DNA of 58,569 nucleotides from Octopus bimaculoides (Eukaryota): NCBI RefSeq assembly GCF_001194135.2, contig NC_069002.1, positions 6,069,769 to 6,128,337 of the forward strand, read 5' to 3'. Shown piece by piece: positions 52,091 to 58,569 of this stretch (position 1 is its first letter; each line of letters starts with the position of its first letter). The notes under the pieces were generated by a model. It saw only the letters and a program-made list of their open reading frames with translations, ran no database searches and was not told where the DNA came from. The position numbers and the translations under genes were made by a program.

Positions 52091-54554
52091 CAAAACTTGA
52101 CTTAAAAAGGATTTAGATAATCCCATATTAAGCTAGACATGGCCTGAACCAACCTTTGGTTGAAACATATCTAAGTTCAACCAAGTTTATATATATGTAT
52201 ATATATATATATATATATATAGGTACACATACATACATATATAAACATACATATATGTATGAACTGAAATTAACTGATAATGGCTTTTCACTTTGATTAC
52301 CCTTTAAGTGTAGCAACAGGAAAAGCAGCTGGAGTTTGCAAATATGTTTGTGATGCTATCATTCGACAGCACTTCACTCATGGCTTCTCTGCAGACACAG
52401 AGTTGCATCATAGCTTAACCTATTACATATTTACATATTTATCAGTTGCTTTCAACTGGTTGAAATCGATGAGAGCTTCTTATTGAATGCTCTTTGGAGA
52501 ATATTGTTAGTTATACAACATTATTACAGCAATAACCCTCAACACTATCACTATTTTGTACTAATTATACGAAGAAAAAGAAGAGGAAATATTTCATATT
52601 TTATTACAAGATTTCATACTTTAAATGTATTGAAATATATCACATGATATACATAAAAAAAGTAATAAAACATAATTTGCTTGCATTGCAGTTTTTATTT
52701 ATCTATTGATTCATTCATTTATTTATTTTTTTATATAATCTATAGTTGTTCCAATTGACTATCTTACTTAATATAAAAACGATATATGGAGAAAAGCAAA
52801 GTCACATTGAAATTGTGTTGGTTTTCTTAAAAAAAACAAAAACAACCAAAACAATAACAAAATAAAAATGCTTTCTTTTACATTTCAATAGAGAATTTGA
52901 TGTAAAACACACACAAAGAAAAAGAAAAAATCATTCCTGCAGGCCTCAAGATAAATTTTGTTTTCTTAAGAATCTGTAGTATTTGCATAACTTTGCTAAA
53001 TCTCATTTTCCAAATATACTTTATAAATCATAGCTAGTGTTTTCTTAAGATTATCCTGTTTAATATCAGACAAAAAAAGAAAAAAAAAAAGGAAAAAAAG
53101 AAAGAAATATTATTTTGTAAGTTGTTTATAATATAAAGAGTTTTTTAAAGGGTGACATTTTAAACATTTTTTTCCATGATTTTATATACATAGTATTTGT
53201 CACAAGAAGTGTTTCAAAAGGTATCGTTTAATGATATGAAAACCAATTTCACTGGTTTGAAAATATCAGTAATTTGTAAATAACATCAGAAATTAAAGCC
53301 ACATTATTATGCAACAGCCAATTTTTCAACGTTGCTGCCAATTTATTGACAAAAATACATGTTGCTCACTAAACAGATTGTTTTTCAATCAATATATCAT
53401 AAAAATTGATCAGAATTGATATAGCCATTAAACAAGTGTACTTGTCTATTACTCAAGCAATATTATTTTATGCTAATATTGCTTTAATAGTGCTTATAGC
53501 TTTTGAAACACGATACCATTGTAAAAACATATCAACAAACCCACTGCAAAGATAAAGCCATGCTACAAATTATTAACCAACCATTACTCCAACTATAAAC
53601 AAAGCACAATAATAGCATATGATAATTAATACATATTCCTTCATAGGATCAGCTCAGTTTTCTTCTAACGAACACTAAATAGTTCTAAAACAATTCTAAT
53701 TTCTGGACAATATACAACTCTAATGGCTAAAGTGAATTGAGAAAAAGAGAAAAGAGGTTTCAATCTTTTTGTTTCTTTTTTAATTATTATTATTTTTTTT
53801 TTTTGAATGGTTTTAATGATAATGTACTAAAGGTTTTAAAAGCATGATTAAGATCAACAAAATCTTCAAATTTAACAAGCCCAGCAATGGAACTCTCAGA
53901 TTTTGTTTTTGAAAGCTTAACAAAAGAATTCCATTCTGGTATGATATGAATATGCATATATATATATATATATAATACATTCATACATATATATATACAT
54001 TCATACATATATATATACATTCATACATATATGTACATATAAATATATAAATGAATATATATATACATATATATATATACACACATACATACATGCATAT
54101 ATGTATAGGTATATGTACGTATACAGATAAATACATAGACAGAAAAATGAGCGTTTTTTCTGCTTCGTTGTAATACATCAACATTGCATCATGTCTTCAT
54201 ACTGACATATCTGTAATATATGTCAGTTATTTTTGATCATGACAGCAGAAAAGCGAAATGGAAAAAGAAAATAGTTGTGATTGGATTGTCATCCAAAACT
54301 GAATACACAAAAGAGAATAAAAATCACTTGAGTCAATTTCAAACAATTAAATAGTCATTTGTTTGCATTATTAAAGTTACACACTTGTACAACAGCAACA
54401 TTTTCAAATAATATCACAACAAATTGCCCTTCCATAAAGTCAATTGTCAAAGAAGAACATTATTTGCCAAACAGATTGATGAGGGCAGGTGATTATACAC
54501 TGCCTGTGGCAAAATTTAAACTTCTTGTTGATAGTTTAACAAATGTACACTCAC

Positions 54555-54564
54555 TCCATGGCAT
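54555..54564 (-). CDS. unc-13: Candidate alternative first exon, coding end ATG CCA TGG A (MPW), phase 1; 5' UTR extends to about 54700 or further
   Basis: GCC-ATG-CCA-TGG-A|gtgagt strong donor, in-frame TGA upstream, CpG-enriched segment. Splicing to A2, B and the 80-nt exon reads MPWTRNWEGYEDLPEVE. Confidence 0.4.
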
Positions 54565-54637
54565 GGCACTCGACCGGTTACAACGACAAGTGTTCCAGTT
54601 GATGCGATCAACGGAACAACCTGCTCATGAAATTAAC

Positions 54638-54697
54638 TTGCAAGTGACCGAGCGCTGCCGTATAAACATGCAAATGGCCAAGCAGTGTCGTATAAAC
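54638..54697. repeat. 30-bp tandem direct repeat (23/30 identical)
   Basis: TTGCAAGTGACCGAGCGCTGCCGTATAAAC / ATGCAAATGGCCAAGCAGTGTCGTATAAAC. Confidence 0.9.
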
Positions 54698-55034
54698 TAC
54701 AAGGCAACATGTTTAATTAAAATATGTTACTGGTAACATTAATGGAAATGATCTTATTGATTTCTCTGTTTCTCAATTGTTCTAGTTACATAAGTAAACT
54801 GACTACTTTGTACATCTAAAAAGCAAATTTCAATTCTTGTTCTACAAACAATTTAAAAGCTGATACTATCAAAGTCTACCATTTTTTTTTTCTTTTCTTT
54901 TTTTTTTTAATATCAACCAGACGTTTCAACAAGTTAGCCCAAGCTATCCATTGATTGGTACCAAGTCCCATACCAATGTGCAAGTACATCATAAAATACA
55001 ACAAGATATTTATAAAGAACAAAAAAATAAATAC

Positions 55035-55049
55035 CTTCCCAATTTCTGG
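55035..55049 (-). CDS. unc-13: unc-13 15-nt microexon A1, (x)RNWE(G/A), phase 1-1
   Basis: Minus strand: tttgttttctttttccctag|CCAGAAATTGGGAAG|gtatttat. No stop; near-identical to the microexon at 45371-45385. Confidence 0.7.
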
Positions 55050-55273
55050 CTAGGGAAAAAGAAAACAAATTTTGGTAATATTGGCTATTTTTCAAATTTA
55101 ATCAATAATCTTCTCTATTTATTTTATTTCATTTTCTCAATTTTTTTAATGAGTAAAAGCTTTGACATTGCAGAAATATTTTCAAATTCTTTAAAGAAAT
55201 CCCATGATAACAGTTTAAAAAATTAAATTAATAAAAATAACCATGAAATTATATACACATACATATATACATT

Positions 55274-55319
<46 letters not shown>

Positions 55320-55987
55320 AAATAAAAATGATAAGATTGGATGGAAGTTTTTTTACAAAAATGCATATAAATGAAAAAAATATAAAACAAAATCTGCATG
55401 CAGCACAGAGTGAAAATACACACAAAACAAAAGCAAGAAATAAATAAAATAAAAAAATTATAGAAGGATATTTAAGATAACTCAATTTAATCTTGAAACA
55501 GTTTTCTTAATTCTAAGTGAACTTGGTGGAAAATTTGTCATTATTCCGAAGAGAGTGATGACAAAAGAGAAATTAGACACTACAAGAATAATCTACAAAT
55601 TGCATTGTTTAAACTTAAGTAAAAAAAAAATTCTCTGTAAAAGTTAATCTAAAACCAGCTACTTCTAAAATTCTAAACTCAAAACATATTTTGAATTTAT
55701 AACAAGTGTGTGTGTGTATGTGAAAGTATGTAAAGATATATATATATAATCCTAACCTAATCCCCTGGCCCTTTTCCGCTTCACCACCGATTTTCATGGC
55801 AGATGCTGACTGGTTGTGTTAATCCACCTATGGCAAAAGAGAGCAGTCGCCATATTCCCTTCTATATTGGCAAACTCTGATGAGTGTAAAGTTATATAAT
55901 CGGATCGTTACCCGACACTCCATTGTATTCCTTGTGCAAAACCAATTGGTAAGACCAGCCATGATGGATATATAATACCATATTTGG

Positions 55988-56039
<52 letters not shown>

Positions 56040-56355
56040 TAGGTACAAGCATAGCCATATGGTTAAAAAATGTGTGTGCAACTCTGTGTTTCTGACATGC
56101 CAATCATGACCATCCCATCTTTTTCTCAGATATATATCATAAATACAACTACATTATCCATTGCATTCCTGCTTCCATTTTAAACATGCGAGCATATGGC
56201 CCAAGGGTGGGAGATTTGGGCTGCTATTTCTAGCAACTCGTTAATGCAATTGTCTATTTTGATAGTTCAACCTACAATTATAAAACTGACTTCACCAGAA
56301 CTCCTGATGACATATTACATCTCTCTTGTTAGTTCATTAATTCTAGTATACGCGC

Positions 56356-56427
<72 letters not shown>

Positions 56428-56674
56428 TTGTGTGTGTGTGTGATTGTGTATATATAAATATATGCATATGTATATATCTGTATAAATATGTGTCTATATA
56501 AATATATAAATGTATATCTATCTATCTATATATGTGTGTGTGTGTGTGTGTGTGTTTATATAGGTGTATATAATGTACACAAGTGTACACACACACACAC
56601 GCACACATATATATATATATACAAATACACACACACACACATATATACATACACACACACGCACATATATACAT

Positions 56675-56709
<35 letters not shown>

Positions 56710-58002
56710 CATATACACACACACACACACATACACACACATACACACACAGATATATATACACAGAGAGAAAGAGAAAGAATTTGGTAAATCCTTCAAT
56801 GCACAAAACAAAAAAAATGAAAAAAATGACCTCGTCATATCTAAGATATAAAGTTACATCAATGAAACCTAGTCGTGCGATAGCATGAATTTTGATTGAT
56901 AGAGATAGAATAGCTTACAATGTTGACGGATCTTTCTTGCCTTAGAGCGTTGTGGGTGGTGGGTGAAGAGGGGGATGGGGGGAGCGAGATTCCACTGCTT
57001 CCACAGCACAACTAGAGTGCACATAACCTATATTCAGAAGAATATAGCGCTGAACTTAAAAACAGATAACATTGCTGTCAGTTATTCGATGTTGAGTGGT
57101 CACAAATTCAACTTTAGGTTTCAAACTTTGCATTTGTTCAATTTCTTCCTAAGTGCTTAATCCAATTTTCCAATGAAAATATCTGGCAATTATTGCCAAG
57201 GATAAGAACGGTTTTGAAGCTCTACATAGTGCAAGAACTATCAGGTTCACAAATGCCAAAGTGGGAGCGTCGACATGATTGCTCGATTGGTGTGATTTAT
57301 GATGGTCATGGGCAGACTGTCATTGATTGTCAGTTTACTGAATCATGGCTGATCTGGGATTAAACATAAAAGAAGAAAACCAAGCTCTCTAGAGGAGAAT
57401 ATTGTAGCCTAGTAGGATTTGAACCACTAACCTCAATATATGAATCTAAATAGCATAGGGTGCAACTTTTGTATAACACTCATATTTAATGACAATGAAG
57501 ATTTGCTTGCTAGAAACAGCAGCCTAATTTCTCTCAAATCTCACTCAGCAGCATGGAGAGGGGAAACTTCTTATATGCATAGGTAACTGATGGTCTGCTA
57601 CAAAAGAGGTTGGCTAAGCCTCCTTGTCATTTCCATCTCCTTACAGTATGCATCATTCAAATTTAAATCACTTAAAATTTCAAATTTTAACCAGGTTTAA
57701 TTGAATCATCATGAGCTATCCAATCCACGATTCCTCTCTTCTCATAACAACAAAGGTAATGTTACATCATAGAAAAGCGTCTTTTTTTTGTTTTACAGCA
57801 TCAAATATGCTGGCGTTTATTGCGACTATTTCGCGATGGTTTCATTTCAGAGATAGACTCTATCCAAATGCACATAGTACTTTGCTCTAATTTATGTAAG
57901 AGTCGGATCTGTTCTGACTGAAAAGCAGAACAATCCAGAAAAAGTATTAACAGTGCAATATAGAAAAACACTACAGAAGAGAAAGACAAAAAACAATTAC
58001 AG

Positions 58003-58094
<92 letters not shown>

Positions 58095-58276
58095 CATATA
58101 TCAAGGCAAGAAAAGAAAAAAAAAATTTCAAATTTACTTGAGTGATTTGGATTGTTAGGAACGAAATGCATTAAATAGTTGATAGCATTGGAAAAGACCA
58201 GAGATGTGCATGGCAAGCTGCTGGAAGATGGGGAATGAGAACTAGGTGAATACTTGCTGAACACTTGTCATGTGAT

Positions 58277-58310
<34 letters not shown>

Positions 58311-58526
58311 AGGAAAGAGAGGGGGGAGAAGAGGAAGAAGAAAGAAATATAGGTCAAGAAAAGTATAAGATGAAGATTCAGACTACAATGAGTGTATAAC
58401 TAATGGGGTCCAAGCAAAAAATAGAAAAGCGGAAAGTGGCTACTCGAATATATGTATGTATGTAATTATACGTATATGTGTGTGAGAGCGTGTGTGTGTG
58501 TGCGTGTGTATATACATACACATACA

Positions 58527-58569
<43 letters not shown>

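Larger units (their letters stand above)
4127..55049 (-). other. unc-13: unc-13/Munc13 gene, partial (post-C2A linker exons; gene continues beyond both window ends)
   Basis: Exon peptides DLPEVEAAELQSKLDVLNSIMDQE and SEDSDYTSDVNFPVQHQHNSSAHQF resemble, in the right order, the Munc13 post-C2A motifs DIPEEEARYW..KLEQLNAM and DSDYRSETSNS...QPNASVHQ (recalled from vertebrate Munc13). All exons are GT-AG on the minus strand with compatible phases, except one unlocated phase 0-to-1 link. Confidence 0.85.
1..58569. repeat. Abundant microsatellites (TA, CA, GA, TACA, AAT, GAT) and assembly N gaps
   Basis: Major gaps: 3370-3850, 6533-6632, 10955-11027, 16333-17048, 25994-26247, 31959-32535, 49152-49286 and 51703-51802; most abut (TA)n. 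Confidence 0.98.

Noticed and set aside
54359-54736. 125-aa plus-strand ORF as a standalone gene
   Set aside because: No recognisable domain or supporting signals; the region is better explained by the minus-strand donor and ATG.
55870-55925. CTGATGA followed by a GAGTGT/ACACTC stem as a hammerhead
   Set aside because: No GAAA box after the stem. CTGATGA hits at about 15560, 17696 and 47755 fail for missing GAAA or unconvincing helices.

Overview
AT-rich, microsatellite- and SINE-dense eukaryotic DNA from a gappy scaffold. The repeat content suggests an octopus or other coleoid cephalopod (inference). The window is almost entirely intronic sequence of one large minus-strand gene, identified from two exon peptides as unc-13/Munc13 (synaptic vesicle priming factor). 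The exons cover the linker just after the N-terminal C2A domain; I found neither C2A nor C1/C2B/MUN exons here, so the gene runs off both ends. Hand-traced, phase-compatible exons give ...(A)RNWE-G-YE-DLPEVEAAELQSKLDVLNSIMDQELNQ-[unlocated exon]-SPLMAGHS...GRPLP-TGMSEDSDYTSDVNFPVQHQHNSSAHQF...NSRPQSFIND-S-PVDSHVSSLNVSRQSTQDY-S-CSNEEGDYN... Main observations: (1) two 15-nt microexons 9.7 kb apart that encode the same peptide and differ only at synonymous positions, within a larger microexon cluster; (2) a hammerhead ribozyme with an intact catalytic core antisense to the gene, plus a tRNA-headed SINE-like family carrying decayed hammerheads; (3) a frame-preserving 126-nt exon whose only defect is a TAA in its last full codon; (4) candidate internal first exons and a 28-nt/280-nt alternative exon pair; (5) long fold-back elements and a 43-bp-period array. 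Nearly all ORFs in the supplied track are microsatellite or N-gap artefacts. All calls are by eye, with no database searches or RNA data.
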